A stretch of 32,000 bases of DNA, taken from NCBI RefSeq assembly GCF_001598795.1, contig NZ_BCZP01000036.1, forward strand, positions 10,689 to 42,688, written 5' to 3'. The DNA comes from Delftia acidovorans NBRC 14950 (GTDB taxonomy: Bacteria > Pseudomonadota > Gammaproteobacteria > Burkholderiales > Burkholderiaceae_C). The position numbers were made by a program, and so were the translations under genes. Below are positions 1-8,540 of the stretch, in pieces. The notes under the pieces were generated by a model, which did no database searches, was not told the DNA's origin, and saw only the letters and a list, made by a program, of their open reading frames with translations. How positions within the stretch are numbered: position 1 is the stretch's first letter; each line of letters opens with the position of its first letter.

Positions 1-191
1 TCTACTGCGACTGCCCCAACGAGATATCCGCCGCCCGCCTGGCGCGCCAGCTGCAGCGCGCCGGCTTTGCCAACGTGCGCCCGCTGGTGGGCGGCCTCAA
101 GGCCTGGCAGGCGGCTGGCTTCGACGTGGAAACCGCGCCGCTGCCCGTGACGGCCAGCGCGGACGAGGGGCCGGCGCCCAGCGTGCCCTGA
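1..191 (+). CDS. rhodanese-like domain protein, C-terminal fragment (5' end outside window)
   Basis: Frame 3 reads YCDCPNEISAARLARQLQRAGFANVRPLVGGLKAWQAAGFDVE...SVP and stops at TGA 189-191. It has a Cys-containing loop followed by the L-x-GG-x-x-AW-x-x-AG tail typical of rhodanese domains, and very high GC3. It is below the size cutoff of the ORF track. Confidence 0.55.
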   Translation, partial: YCDCPNEISAARLARQLQRAGFANVRPLVGGLKAWQAAGFDVETAPLPVTASADEGPAPSVP

Positions 192-218
192 CCTTGACCT
201 TGACCTTGGCCTTGGCCT
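189..218. repeat. hexanucleotide tandem repeat (TGACCT x3, TGGCCT x2)
   Basis: Read directly as tgacct tgacct tgacct tggcct tggcct. It fills the whole gap between two convergent stop codons (TGA 189-191 on +, TAG complement at 217-219). Confidence 0.8.
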
Positions 219-390
219 ATTTGCCCGCCGGCATCGAGCAGTGCCCGCCTTGCGTGGCCTTGCCCGAGCCGGCCGCAATCAGCGGCGCCTCGAAGCGCAG
301 GTCCACGGGGGGCGAGTGCAGGTGGTCCCAGGCCAGGAAGAGGACGAGCACGGCCCAGAAGACCGCGCGCAGGGTGTTTTGCTGTGTCAT
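217..390 (-). CDS. hypothetical 57-aa single-pass membrane mini-protein with a C-terminal Cys motif
   Basis: ATG at 390 is preceded by GAGAGGA about 6 nt upstream and lies 12 nt downstream of the YeeE stop. The product is MTQQNTLRAVFWAVLVLFLAWDHLHSPPVDLRFEAPLIAAGSGKATQGGHCSMPAGK. GC3 is very high, there is one hydrophobic helix, and no family was recognised. Confidence 0.4.
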   Translation of the reverse strand: MTQQNTLRAVFWAVLVLFLAWDHLHSPPVDLRFEAPLIAAGSGKATQGGHCSMPAGK

Positions 391-401
391 GGCAGGTCCT
401 C

Positions 402-1514
402 TCAGAAATTGAAGTGGCGGCGGATGCGCAGGCCGAAGATGGTGCCGGCAAACGCCAGCGGCACCCAGATCCAGCCGTGGATGCTGCCCGTGGAGATGCC
501 CGAGAGCATGGCGCCCACATTGCAGCCGAAGGCCAGGCGCGAGCTGTAGCCCAGCACCAGGCCGGCCACCAGGGCCACCATCCATTGCGTGCCCGTGAGC
601 GGCTTGGCATTGACGGGCTTGGCGGCAGCCACCCACAGGGCGCCGCCCAGGATGCCGATGTTGGTGATGCTGGTCACGTCCAGCAGCACGGTCTCGTGCA
701 GGCGCGCGGCGTTGCCGGGCTGGCTCCAGAACCAGTTGCCAGCCAGGTCCACGGCGCCTGTGGCGTTGGCGATCTTGGCGGCCCACAGGCCGAAGCCGTA
801 GACCACGCCCCAGGGCTGGCCCGCAATGACGAGGTTGAGCGTGGCCAGCACGGCCAGCAGCACGGCACCCACCACCCACTTGCGCACGAACAGCGGCTTG
901 GCCGGGCGCTTGAGTGCCATGTTGGCGCCACGCACATACCAGGCCACGCCCAGCGCGACCACGGCCAGCGCCGCCAGCGTGGCCAGCAGGGCAGGGGCCC
1001 AGCCCCAGGCCGTGACCAGGCCCACGGGCTGGGTGTTGCCCAGGTCCAGCCACCAGCCCAGGTGCAGGCTTCCCAGGAAGCTGCCGATGGCGAACACGGG
1101 CAGGATGGCCGCGTTCATGGGAATGCCCATGCCGGCCTTGTACAGCGTGCCGCTGCCGCAGCCGTCCGCGATCTGCATGCACAGGCCGAAGACGAAGGCG
1201 CCTATCAGCAGGCTGATGCTGGGCGGGCCCAGGGCGGCCGTGAGTTCGGGATAGTGGCCCAGCAGCGGCATGGCCAGCGCGGCGGCCAGCGCCAGCAGCA
1301 GCAACTGGCCGAAGACGCCGCTGGCGTCCTTGTCCTCGATCAGCATGCGCCAGCCCGTGGTGAAGCCGAAGCGCTTGCCGGCCAGCACCGCGCCCAGGCC
1401 CAGGCCCACGGCGAACAGCGCGGCCTGGCGCACCGAGACGCTCCACAGCAGCCAGCCAAAGAAAACGGCCAGGATGGCCGCAAGAGGAAGTCGTTTCATA
1501 TCATTTTTCTCCAT
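402..1514 (-). CDS. YeeE/YedE family sulfur-compound (thiosulfate) transport membrane protein
   Basis: A polytopic membrane protein with the two conserved Cys motifs of the family (MQIADGCGSGTLYK and SSRLAFGCNVGAM). The start was moved to ATG 1514 (MEKNDMKRL), which has GGAGGG upstream. The 486-aa track ORF has an implausible Pro/Arg-rich N-terminal extension. ATG 1499 is an alternative start. Confidence 0.85.
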   Translation of the reverse strand: MEKNDMKRLPLAAILAVFFGWLLWSVSVRQAALFAVGLGLGAVLAGKRFGFTTGWRMLIEDKDASGVFGQLLLLALAAALAMPLLGHYPELTAALGPPSISLLIGAFVFGLCMQIADGCGSGTLYKAGMGIPMNAAILPVFAIGSFLGSLHLGWWLDLGNTQPVGLVTAWGWAPALLATLAALAVVALGVAWYVRGANMALKRPAKPLFVRKWVVGAVLLAVLATLNLVIAGQPWGVVYGFGLWAAKIANATGAVDLAGNWFWSQPGNAARLHETVLLDVTSITNIGILGGALWVAAAKPVNAKPLTGTQWMVALVAGLVLGYSSRLAFGCNVGAMLSGISTGSIHGWIWVPLAFAGTIFGLRIRRHFNF

Positions 1515-1520
1515 GCAGTC

Positions 1521-1587
1521 GCCCTCCCCCGCGAAGCGGGTAGAGAGGCGCCGTGCCACGGGGGAAGGCGCGAAGCGCCTCAGGGGG
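1521..1587. repeat. two REP-like GC-rich imperfect hairpins sharing a GCGAAGCG core (intercistronic)
   Basis: The two units are gccctcccccGCGAAGCGggtagagagg (1521-1549) and gggggaaggcGCGAAGCGcctcaggggg (1560-1587). They lie between the rhodanese stop and the YeeE start. A related copy in reverse orientation is at 5833-5860. Confidence 0.4.
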
Positions 1588-1590
1588 TGT

Positions 1591-2565
1591 TTATTTGAAC
1601 TTTTTTTCCCACCACTGCTTGGCGTCGTAGGCCAGGGATTCGGCGCGGCCGGGCTGGTTGGCCATGGGCGGCGCATCGGCCTGCTGCGTCCAGTCCACCA
1701 TGGAGCCCGCATACAGCTTGACGCCCGGCAGGCCCGCGACTTCGGACAGGCCGAACCAGTCGGTGGCTGCCCAGTGGCCGGTGTTGCAGAAGGCCACCAT
1801 GTCCTGGCCGTGCTCGCGCTTGACCTTGGCCGCGATCTGCTTGGCCGTGGCGGTATCGACAAAGGTGGAAGTGCCGGGCACGAACCACTGGTTGAAGTCC
1901 AGCTGCTGCGCGCCGGGCAAGGTGCCCGAGAGCTTGGCGGCCGGGGCGCGGGTCTTGCCCTGGTAGAAGGCGTCGGGGCGCGAGTCCACCAGGGCGGCGT
2001 TGCTGAGCCTGACGTGCTGGCCCACGTCCTCGCGCGTGGCGATCAGGCTGGTGTCGAGCTGGGGCTGGTAGCTGCTGCGGGCCACTTTGACGGCCTCGTT
2101 GTCCTGCGGGAGCTTTTGCTCGTTCCAGGCCTTCATGCCGCCGTTGAGCACGGACAGCTCCTTGAGGCCCAGGAGCTTGAGCGTCCAGTACACGCGCGCT
2201 GCGGCGCCGAAGTCGGTGGCGTCCGCGCCCGTGGAGACCACGATGGCGTGGGTGGCCGGCGTCAGCCCCAGGGACTGCACGAGTTCGGTGAGCTTGGGCA
2301 GCTCGGGCAGTTCACCAGGGTTGGTGGCGGGGCCGCGCCATTTGCCGTAGGGGGCGTTGAGCGCACCGGGAATGTGGCGCTCGCCATAGGACTTGGGATC
2401 GCGGATGTCGATGATGCGCACGGCGTCCTGGCCGGCGGCGGCCTGCATGCCGGCAGGGGTGAGCAGGGGTTCGGCGGCGTGGGCCGTGCCGAAGGCGGTG
2501 CAGGCGAGGCCGAGCGCCAGCAGCGGGGCCGCCAGGCGCAGAGCGGGGGAAAAGGTCTTGGTCAT
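1591..2565 (-). CDS. secreted tandem-rhodanese sulfurtransferase (thiosulfate sulfurtransferase-like)
   Basis: It has an N-terminal Sec-type signal peptide (LALGLACTAFGTAHA/AE) and two rhodanese-like halves. The active-site loop is CNTGHWAA in the C-terminal half. It lies directly upstream of yeeE-like on the same strand. Confidence 0.8.
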   Translation of the reverse strand: MTKTFSPALRLAAPLLALGLACTAFGTAHAAEPLLTPAGMQAAAGQDAVRIIDIRDPKSYGERHIPGALNAPYGKWRGPATNPGELPELPKLTELVQSLGLTPATHAIVVSTGADATDFGAAARVYWTLKLLGLKELSVLNGGMKAWNEQKLPQDNEAVKVARSSYQPQLDTSLIATREDVGQHVRLSNAALVDSRPDAFYQGKTRAPAAKLSGTLPGAQQLDFNQWFVPGTSTFVDTATAKQIAAKVKREHGQDMVAFCNTGHWAATDWFGLSEVAGLPGVKLYAGSMVDWTQQADAPPMANQPGRAESLAYDAKQWWEKKFK

Positions 2566-2711
2566 GATGGCTGGGGCCGGTCATGGAAGACCGGCGGAAC
2601 AAGCAACTGGAGTGCAATTGTCCCGCTTGCAGCATCTATATACAAAGACGCTTATGCATTCTGCTCATGAGGCAGGGTTATATGGCGCGGCGCAGAAGAT
2701 GCAGAACGGCC

Positions 2712-3809
2712 TCAGCGCTGTGCGCCCACGGCCTTGGCGCGCTCCAGGCTGGCGTCCAGTTCGGCCTGCGGCGCCTTCTGCGTGGGCCAGCCCTGCATAT
2801 GCTGCTGGGCGATGCGGCTCAGCGCCGTGATCCAGGGTGCGCTGTCGTTGAGGCAGGCGATGTACTCGAACTGCTCGCCGCCCGCATGCATGAAGGCCTC
2901 GCGCGCTTCCTGGCTGATTTCCTCCAGCGTTTCCAGGCAGTCGCTGGTGAAGCCGGGGCAGACCACGTCCACCCGTTTGGTGCCGCTGCGTGCCAGCTCG
3001 ATCAGCGAGGGCTCGGTATAGGGCTCCAGCCATTTGGCCTTGCCAAAGCGCGACTGGAAGGTCACCAGGTATTGCGAGGGCGACAGGCCCAGGCGCTCGG
3101 CCAGCAGGCGTGCGGTCTTGCGCGATTCGCAGTGGTAGGGGTCGCCCAGGTGCAGCGTGCGCTCGGGCACGCCATGAAAGCTCATGACCAGTTTCTCGCC
3201 ACGGCCGTTGCCGCGCCAGTGGGCCTCGATGCGCTGGGCCAGCGCGTCGATGTAGGCGGCATCGTCGTGGTAGCGGTTGACGAAGCGCAGCTCGGGAATA
3301 TGGCGCTGGGTGCGGGCCCAGTCATAGACCGCATCGAACACGCTGGCCGTGGTCGTGCCGGAGTACTGCGGGTACAGCGGCAGGATGAGGATGCGCGTGG
3401 CGCCCTCGGCCTTGAGGGCATCGAGCACGCTGGGGATGGACGGGTTGCCGTAGCGCATGGCATGGCGCACCAGCACGTTGTGCCCGGCCTCGCCCAGCCA
3501 GCCGCGCAGCAGCAGGGCCTGGCGCGCGCTCCAGTGCTGAAGGGGGGAGCCGTCCTTCTCATGCCAGACGGTGGCGTATTTGGCCGCCGACTTGGCCGGC
3601 CGCGTGCGCAGGATGATGCCGTGCAGGATGGGCAGCCAGGCAATCCTGGGGATCTCGACCACGCGGTCGTCGCCCAGGAATTGCGCCAGGTAGCGGCGCA
3701 CGGCCGGGGCCGTGGGCGCGTCGGGCGTTCCAAGGTTGCACAGCAGCACGGCGGTGCGCTGGGGTTGGTCGTGGCGGAATGGAGGTTCTGGCGCGAAGCG
3801 GGAAGGCAT
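2712..3809 (-). CDS. hemH: ferrochelatase
   Basis: Conserved ferrochelatase blocks are present: LLCNLGTPD, RYLAQFL.D.RVV, ILPLYPQYS, MSFHGVP, FQSRFG and PGF..DCLETLEEI. The start was set at ATG 3809 (MPSRF), in frame within the 387-aa track ORF. Confidence 0.9.
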   Translation of the reverse strand: MPSRFAPEPPFRHDQPQRTAVLLCNLGTPDAPTAPAVRRYLAQFLGDDRVVEIPRIAWLPILHGIILRTRPAKSAAKYATVWHEKDGSPLQHWSARQALLLRGWLGEAGHNVLVRHAMRYGNPSIPSVLDALKAEGATRILILPLYPQYSGTTTASVFDAVYDWARTQRHIPELRFVNRYHDDAAYIDALAQRIEAHWRGNGRGEKLVMSFHGVPERTLHLGDPYHCESRKTARLLAERLGLSPSQYLVTFQSRFGKAKWLEPYTEPSLIELARSGTKRVDVVCPGFTSDCLETLEEISQEAREAFMHAGGEQFEYIACLNDSAPWITALSRIAQQHMQGWPTQKAPQAELDASLERAKAVGAQR

Positions 3810-3900
3810 GGGGCCGATTGTGGCAGGACGGAGCCGCCTGCCGCGCGAGTCGGATGACCCGGCTGCTGCCGGCAACGGCTGCCTTCGCTATGCTCGAACC

Positions 3901-4671
3901 ATGTCCCAAGCCACCATCGCCCCCCTCGCCGAATCCTCATTTGCCCCTGCACTGACCGCCTTGCAGCAGTTGCGCCGCAGCGGCCGCATCCGCGCCATAT
4001 CCATCGATCTGGATGACACGCTGTGGCCTGTGTGGCCGGCCATCTCGCGTGCCGAACAGGTGCTGCTGGACTGGCTGCACACCCATGCGCCGGCCACTGC
4101 CGCGGCGCTGCGCGACGTGGCCGCCGTGCGCGCCATCCGCGTGCAGATCGAGCGCGATCGTCCCGACCTGGCCCATGACCTGAGCGGCCTGCGCCGCGAG
4201 TCCATCCGCCTGGCGCTGCAGCGCAATGGCGACGATGGCGGCCTGGCGGAAACGGCCTTCGATATCTTCTTTGCCGAGCGCCAGCGCGTGGACCTGTACG
4301 AGGACGCGCTGCCCGCCCTGCAGTTCCTGGCCGCGCGCTGGCCCGTGGTGGCCTTGAGCAATGGCAACGCCAGCGTGCATGTGGTGGGCATCGGCGAGCA
4401 TTTCCATGCCGCGCTGAGCGCCAGCAAGGCCGGCATGGCAAAGCCCGATGTGCGCTTTTTCCACGCGGCAGCGGCAGCGGCAGGCGTGGCGCCTGACGAG
4501 GTACTGCACATTGGCGACGACGCGCGACTCGATGCGCTGGGCGCCATGGATGCGGGTATGCACGCAGTCTGGCTCAACCGCACGGGCGTAGCATGGCCTC
4601 ACGAGGGGTCCACGCCCCACGTCACGGTGGCCAGCCTTGCGCAGTTGTGCCAGGGGCTGGCTGACAGCTGA
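3901..4671 (+). CDS. HAD-superfamily hydrolase (subfamily IA-like)
   Basis: HAD motifs are present: I DLDDTLW, II ALSNG, III K in AKPD, IV GDD. The start was set at ATG 3901 (MSQATI), because the upstream part of the track ORF overlaps hemH antisense. Confidence 0.75.
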   Translation: MSQATIAPLAESSFAPALTALQQLRRSGRIRAISIDLDDTLWPVWPAISRAEQVLLDWLHTHAPATAAALRDVAAVRAIRVQIERDRPDLAHDLSGLRRESIRLALQRNGDDGGLAETAFDIFFAERQRVDLYEDALPALQFLAARWPVVALSNGNASVHVVGIGEHFHAALSASKAGMAKPDVRFFHAAAAAAGVAPDEVLHIGDDARLDALGAMDAGMHAVWLNRTGVAWPHEGSTPHVTVASLAQLCQGLADS

Positions 4672-4701
4672 CCCTGCCTGCCCGCGAAGCCGCGCCATGC
4701 C

Positions 4702-5535
4702 ATGCCCACCAGCCACAGCACCGCTTTCTTCCACCCCCCCGTCCTCCCCGCCGTGCGCAGCATCGGCTGGAAACACCCCCTGAGCTGGCTGGCGCGTGGC
4801 GCGCGCGACATGGCCAGGGCACCCTGGCTGAGCCTGGCTCATGGCCTGGTCTTGACCTTGATCGGGTTTTTGATCTTGACGCTGGGGCACAATCGCTTTT
4901 GGCTGATGGCCGGGGCCCTGTCGGGGTTCCTGATCGTCGGCCCTGTCGTGGCAACCAGCCTCTACGCCATCAGCCGTGCGCTGGAGCGTGGCGAGCGCGC
5001 CGACCTGTCCCTGGTGCGCAGCACCTGGATGCGCTGGCAAAGCGGCCACGCGTCCAAGGCTGAGGGGCAGGGCGGCTACTGGTGCCTGGTGCAGTTCGGG
5101 CTGCTGCTGTCGCTGGCGGCCACGGGCTGGGTGCTGGTGTCGGCCTCGCTGATCACCGTGCTCTCGCCCGTGCGCATCGCCACTCCGGCGGATTTCGTGC
5201 AGCACGTGGTGCTGGCCCGCGACGGGCAGTTGTTTGCGATATGGCTGGCGCTGGGCAGTTTTCTGGCAGCGCCTATTTTTGCGTCCAGCGTGGTGGCCAT
5301 GCCGCTGATGCTGGACAGGCGGGTGACGGTGCGCCAGGCCGTGCTGACCAGTTGGTTGGCCGTGCTGGCCAACCCTGTGCCTCTGGCACTGTGGGCCGCC
5401 CTCATTGTGTTGTTGACCCTGCTGGGCCTGGGCAGCTGGCTGCTGGGACTGGTGGCCGTGATGCCCCTGCTGGGGCACGCGAGCTGGCACGCGTACCGCG
5501 ATCTGGTCGATGCGTCGGCCTTTCCGGCGCGTTGA
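4702..5535 (+). CDS. integral membrane protein, DUF2189-like
   Basis: The protein has several TM helices. The N-terminal pattern (IGWKHPLSWLARGARDMARAPWLSLAHGLVLTL) matches my recollection of DUF2189. The family call is tentative. Confidence 0.55.
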   Translation: MPTSHSTAFFHPPVLPAVRSIGWKHPLSWLARGARDMARAPWLSLAHGLVLTLIGFLILTLGHNRFWLMAGALSGFLIVGPVVATSLYAISRALERGERADLSLVRSTWMRWQSGHASKAEGQGGYWCLVQFGLLLSLAATGWVLVSASLITVLSPVRIATPADFVQHVVLARDGQLFAIWLALGSFLAAPIFASSVVAMPLMLDRRVTVRQAVLTSWLAVLANPVPLALWAALIVLLTLLGLGSWLLGLVAVMPLLGHASWHAYRDLVDASAFPAR

Positions 5536-5591
5536 GCCGGGCGGGCCCGGACCGGCCGGGCCTGCAGGAGAGGATGTAGGACGGTGTTGTC

Positions 5592-5804
5592 GTGATATTC
5601 GGGTATACAGAAGAACAGATCGCCCATTTCTTCCTCACCTATGGCGTGGGGGCCTTCATCCTCTTCATGGTGTTCATCATCCTGCAGCTGGCGCGCCAGT
5701 CCAAGGCAGGAAAGTTCGGCACCTTCGTGATCTTCCTGGGCCTGGGCGTGGGCTTTGTCGGCTACATCGCCAAGATCGTCATCCAGTGGTGGATGGAAAA
5801 ATGA
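5592..5804 (+). CDS. small membrane protein, DUF2788-like
   Basis: A 70-aa protein with two TM segments and a central SKAGKFGTF motif that I recall from DUF2788 proteins. GC3 is high. Confidence 0.55.
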   Translation: MIFGYTEEQIAHFFLTYGVGAFILFMVFIILQLARQSKAGKFGTFVIFLGLGVGFVGYIAKIVIQWWMEK

Positions 5805-5832
5805 TCGTCACCCCCTGAGCCGCTGCGCGGCT

Positions 5833-5860
5833 TCCCCCTCTCTCGCTTCGCGGGAGGGGG
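5833..5860. repeat. REP-like GC-rich hairpin, reverse-orientation copy of the 1521-1587 element
   Basis: The sequence is tccccctctctcgcttcgcgggaggggg. Its reverse complement contains cccGCGAAGCGag flanked by C/G runs. It sits in a convergent intergenic region. Confidence 0.4.
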
Positions 5861-5978
5861 ACGACACCCTCGCGGCGGGGCGGCCCTTGCTCGGTGTCCC
5901 AGGCTTTGGGCTGCGTCGGGTTTTTGTGCCCTGCTCAGCGCGCCTATCTTCCTGGCCTGCCTGCTCCTTGCTGCGCCT

Positions 5979-6962
5979 CTATTCCGCCTTGGCCCCCGCA
6001 GCCTTGATCACCGGGTCCCAGCGCTTGATTTCTGCGGCGGTGTGCTGGCGCAGGGCGTCGGGGGTGAGGCGGTCTGCGGGCGGGATGATGACGCTCATGT
6101 CCGTGAAGCGCTTGACCAGGGCGGGTTCGGACAGGGCGGTGCGCAGGGATTTGTTGAGGCGCTCGATGACGGCCTGGGGCGTGCCTCGCGGGGCGTACAG
6201 GCCGTGCCATACGGCAAGCTCGAAGCCGGGCTGGCCGGCCTGCGCGAAGGTGGGCACATCTGGCAGGGAGGGCAGGCGTTCGCGCGTGGCGACGGCGTAG
6301 CCCTTGAGCATGCCCGCCTGTATGTGCGGGCCGGTGGCCACGGGCTGGTCGCAGATGACATCGACATTGCCTGCCACCAGGTCCTGCAGGGCCGGGCCCG
6401 TGCCACGGTAGGGCACCAGGGTGGCTTCGGTGGAGGTGGTCTGCAGCAGCAGCATGGCGCACAGGTGGGAGGTGGCGCCTACGCCGGCATGCGAGAAGCG
6501 CACTTCGCCCGGTTTGGCCTTCATGTGGGCGATGAAGTCCGCCAGCGTGGCGGGCGCAAAGCCTTTGCTGCGCACCAGGATCATGGGTACGTCGCCGGCC
6601 AGCGCGATGGGTTCCAGGTCGCGCCTCACATCGAAAGCGAGCTTGCTGTAGAGCGCGGGTGCCGTGGCAATGCCCATGTTGTGCAGCAGCAGGGTGTGGC
6701 CGTCGGCCTGGGCACGTGTGACGCGGCTGGTGCCGATGGTGCCACCGGCGCCGCCCAGGTTCTCGACGATGACCTGCTGGCCCAGGTCGCGCGTCATGGC
6801 CTCGGCCAGCACGCGGGCCAGCACGTCGGTGGAGCCTCCGGCCGCGTAGGGAACGACGATGGTGACGGGCTTGTTGGGGAAGGCCTGGGCGGCAAGGCTG
6901 GCCGCTGCCAGCGCGGCGGCGAGAAGGGTCTGGGCGAGGGGATTGCGGATGAGGGGGCGCAT
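5979..6962 (-). CDS. Bug-family (TctC-like) tripartite tricarboxylate transporter substrate-binding protein
   Basis: It has a signal peptide followed by FPNKPVTIVVPYAAGGSTDVLARVLAE, and is about 325 aa. This is the canonical Bug/TctC N-terminal signature. Confidence 0.85.
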   Translation of the reverse strand: MRPLIRNPLAQTLLAAALAAASLAAQAFPNKPVTIVVPYAAGGSTDVLARVLAEAMTRDLGQQVIVENLGGAGGTIGTSRVTRAQADGHTLLLHNMGIATAPALYSKLAFDVRRDLEPIALAGDVPMILVRSKGFAPATLADFIAHMKAKPGEVRFSHAGVGATSHLCAMLLLQTTSTEATLVPYRGTGPALQDLVAGNVDVICDQPVATGPHIQAGMLKGYAVATRERLPSLPDVPTFAQAGQPGFELAVWHGLYAPRGTPQAVIERLNKSLRTALSEPALVKRFTDMSVIIPPADRLTPDALRQHTAAEIKRWDPVIKAAGAKAE

Positions 6963-7100
6963 GGGTTTGTCTCCTGGAGGCGCGTGCAGGGGCCGCCGGC
7001 TCTGTGCGGCCGGTTGTCGGTGGCGTGTTTGGTGGCGTGAGGCAGGAAGGCAAGGGCCGCATGCGGCCCTTGACGACGGCGAGACGGCGCAGGCTCAGGC

Positions 7101-7964
7101 TCAGGCCGGGGCCACGTACCTGTACAGCTCGGTGTGGTCGGCGGCGGGTCCCAGGGACCTGGAGGCCTCGGCCGCCATGGCGCTGACCTGTTCGGCCAGT
7201 GCCATGGGCGTGTGCATGGCCTGGCCCAGCGACAGGGCAATGCCCACGTCCTTGGCCTGCAGCGCCAGCGAGAAGCCCGAGTTGAAGGCGCCGTTCAGCA
7301 TGAACTGGTGGGCCTTGTTTTCGGTGGTGTTGTTCTTGCCGGTGGAGGCATTGATCACGTCCACGATGGTGGCCGGCGCAATGCCGAAGGCCGCGCCTGC
7401 ATGGATGGCCTCGGCCGTGGCGATGAGGGCCGCTGCCGAGACATAGTTGTTCAGCGCCTTGAGCGCATGGCCTGCGCCCACGGGTCCGACATGGGTGATG
7501 GCCTGGCCCATGCGTTGCAGCAGCGGCAGGTGCTGGGCGAGCAGGTCCGCATCGCCCCCGACCATGATGGACAGCGTGCCCGCAATGGCGCGCTTGACGC
7601 CGCCGGAGACCGGCGCATCCAGCAGCCCGATGCCGCGCTCGCCCAGCAGGCCGGCCAGCGCGCGCGTGCGGTTGGGGTCGGCTGAGCTCATGTCGATGAT
7701 GCAGGCGCCGGGCGGCAGGTGCGGTGCCAGTTCGCCGACCACGGCATCGACGATGCGGGAGTCGGGCAGCATGGTGAAGACCACGCTGCAGCCGGCAAAG
7801 TCGGCCGCGCCGGATGCCACGGCCACGCCCGCATGCTCCTGCGCGAATCGTGCGGTGGCGGCGGGAACGGCGTCCCGGATGACCAGGGCGTGCCCTGCGG
7901 CATGCAGCAGGTGGGCCATGGGCTGGCCCATCATTCCGAGGCCGATGAATCCTATGGTGGTCAT
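7101..7964 (-). CDS. NAD(P)-dependent oxidoreductase, 3-hydroxyisobutyrate dehydrogenase (MmsB/GarR) family
   Basis: It has an N-terminal Rossmann motif (IGFIGLGMMGQPMA), the DAPVSGG motif and the NNY..A region. It is 287 aa. Confidence 0.85.
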   Translation of the reverse strand: MTTIGFIGLGMMGQPMAHLLHAAGHALVIRDAVPAATARFAQEHAGVAVASGAADFAGCSVVFTMLPDSRIVDAVVGELAPHLPPGACIIDMSSADPNRTRALAGLLGERGIGLLDAPVSGGVKRAIAGTLSIMVGGDADLLAQHLPLLQRMGQAITHVGPVGAGHALKALNNYVSAAALIATAEAIHAGAAFGIAPATIVDVINASTGKNNTTENKAHQFMLNGAFNSGFSLALQAKDVGIALSLGQAMHTPMALAEQVSAMAAEASRSLGPAADHTELYRYVAPA

Positions 7965-7974
7965 GCTGCGTGCC

Positions 7975-8373
7975 TCAGATGTCCATCTCTTTGAAGACTT
8001 CCGAAGCCACGCGGAAGGAGTCGATGGCGGCCGGCACGCCGCAGTAGATGGCGGTCTGCAGGAAGACTTCCTTGACCTCTTCCTTGGTCAGGCCGTTGTT
8101 GATGGCGCCGCGCACATGCAGCTTGAGTTCATGCGGGCGGTTCAGCGCCGTGATCATGGCCAGGTTCAGGAAGGAGCGCGTCCTGCGGTCCAGGCCGGGG
8201 CGGTTCCAGACATCGCCCCAGCAGTACTGGGTGACCAGCTCCTGCATGTCGATGTTGAAGTCCGTGGCGTTCTGGATGGACGCATCGACATACTCGGCGC
8301 CCAGCACCTCACGGCGGGTGGACAGGCCCTGGTCGAAGAGGGCAGGGTTCTTGGGTGCATAGGCTCGGGTCAT
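7975..8373 (-). CDS. carboxymuconolactone decarboxylase family protein (PcaC-like)
   Basis: A 132-aa protein with WNRPGLDRRTRSFLNLAMITALNRPHELKLHVRGAINNGLT.EE..EV..Q.AIYCG.PAA, the typical CMD/PcaC core. Confidence 0.85.
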   Translation of the reverse strand: MTRAYAPKNPALFDQGLSTRREVLGAEYVDASIQNATDFNIDMQELVTQYCWGDVWNRPGLDRRTRSFLNLAMITALNRPHELKLHVRGAINNGLTKEEVKEVFLQTAIYCGVPAAIDSFRVASEVFKEMDI

Positions 8374-8428
8374 GAAAACTCCTGATGGAAGGCGGTGAAG
8401 ATGTCTTTCGGTGGAGTGGATTTAATCA

Positions 8429-8443
8429 GATTGTCAGACAATC
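8429..8443. promoter_or_regulatory. predicted GntR-family operator, perfect 15-bp palindrome GATTGTCAGACAATC
   Basis: Read directly in the divergent region between the pcaC-like gene (start 8373) and the GntR gene. It fits the GT-N-AC core described for FadR/GntR operators. Extra half-site-like copies are GACAATC at about 8490-8496 and GATTGCC at about 8462-8468. Confidence 0.5.
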
Positions 8444-8540
8444 CTACTTGATGAAAATCGGGATTGCCTGCCGGGCCAGGTGTGTGTATGACAATCCGTC
8501 AGTCCGTCCGGCCCCTGGATTGGCGGGTAGGATTCGTCCC

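Noticed and set aside
2-610. A GQGQGQGQGQG repeat in the 202-aa minus-strand ORF, considered as a possible repeat protein or CRISPR-like array.
   Set aside because: The peptide repeat is only the translation of the 30-bp hexanucleotide microsatellite in an intergenic gap. There is no spacer-repeat structure, and the ORF is antisense or shadow sequence.
217-5490. Long alternative-frame ORFs in the left arm (217-1446 -, 384-1598 +, 1270-2670 +, 2583-3857 +, 3182-4441 -, 3937-5490 -).
   Set aside because: Each overlaps a gene with clear family motifs (YeeE, rhodanese, HemH, HAD, DUF2189-like). Their products are Arg/Pro/Gly-rich with no recognisable domains. Only the last 57 codons of 217-1446 were kept, as a separate mini-ORF.
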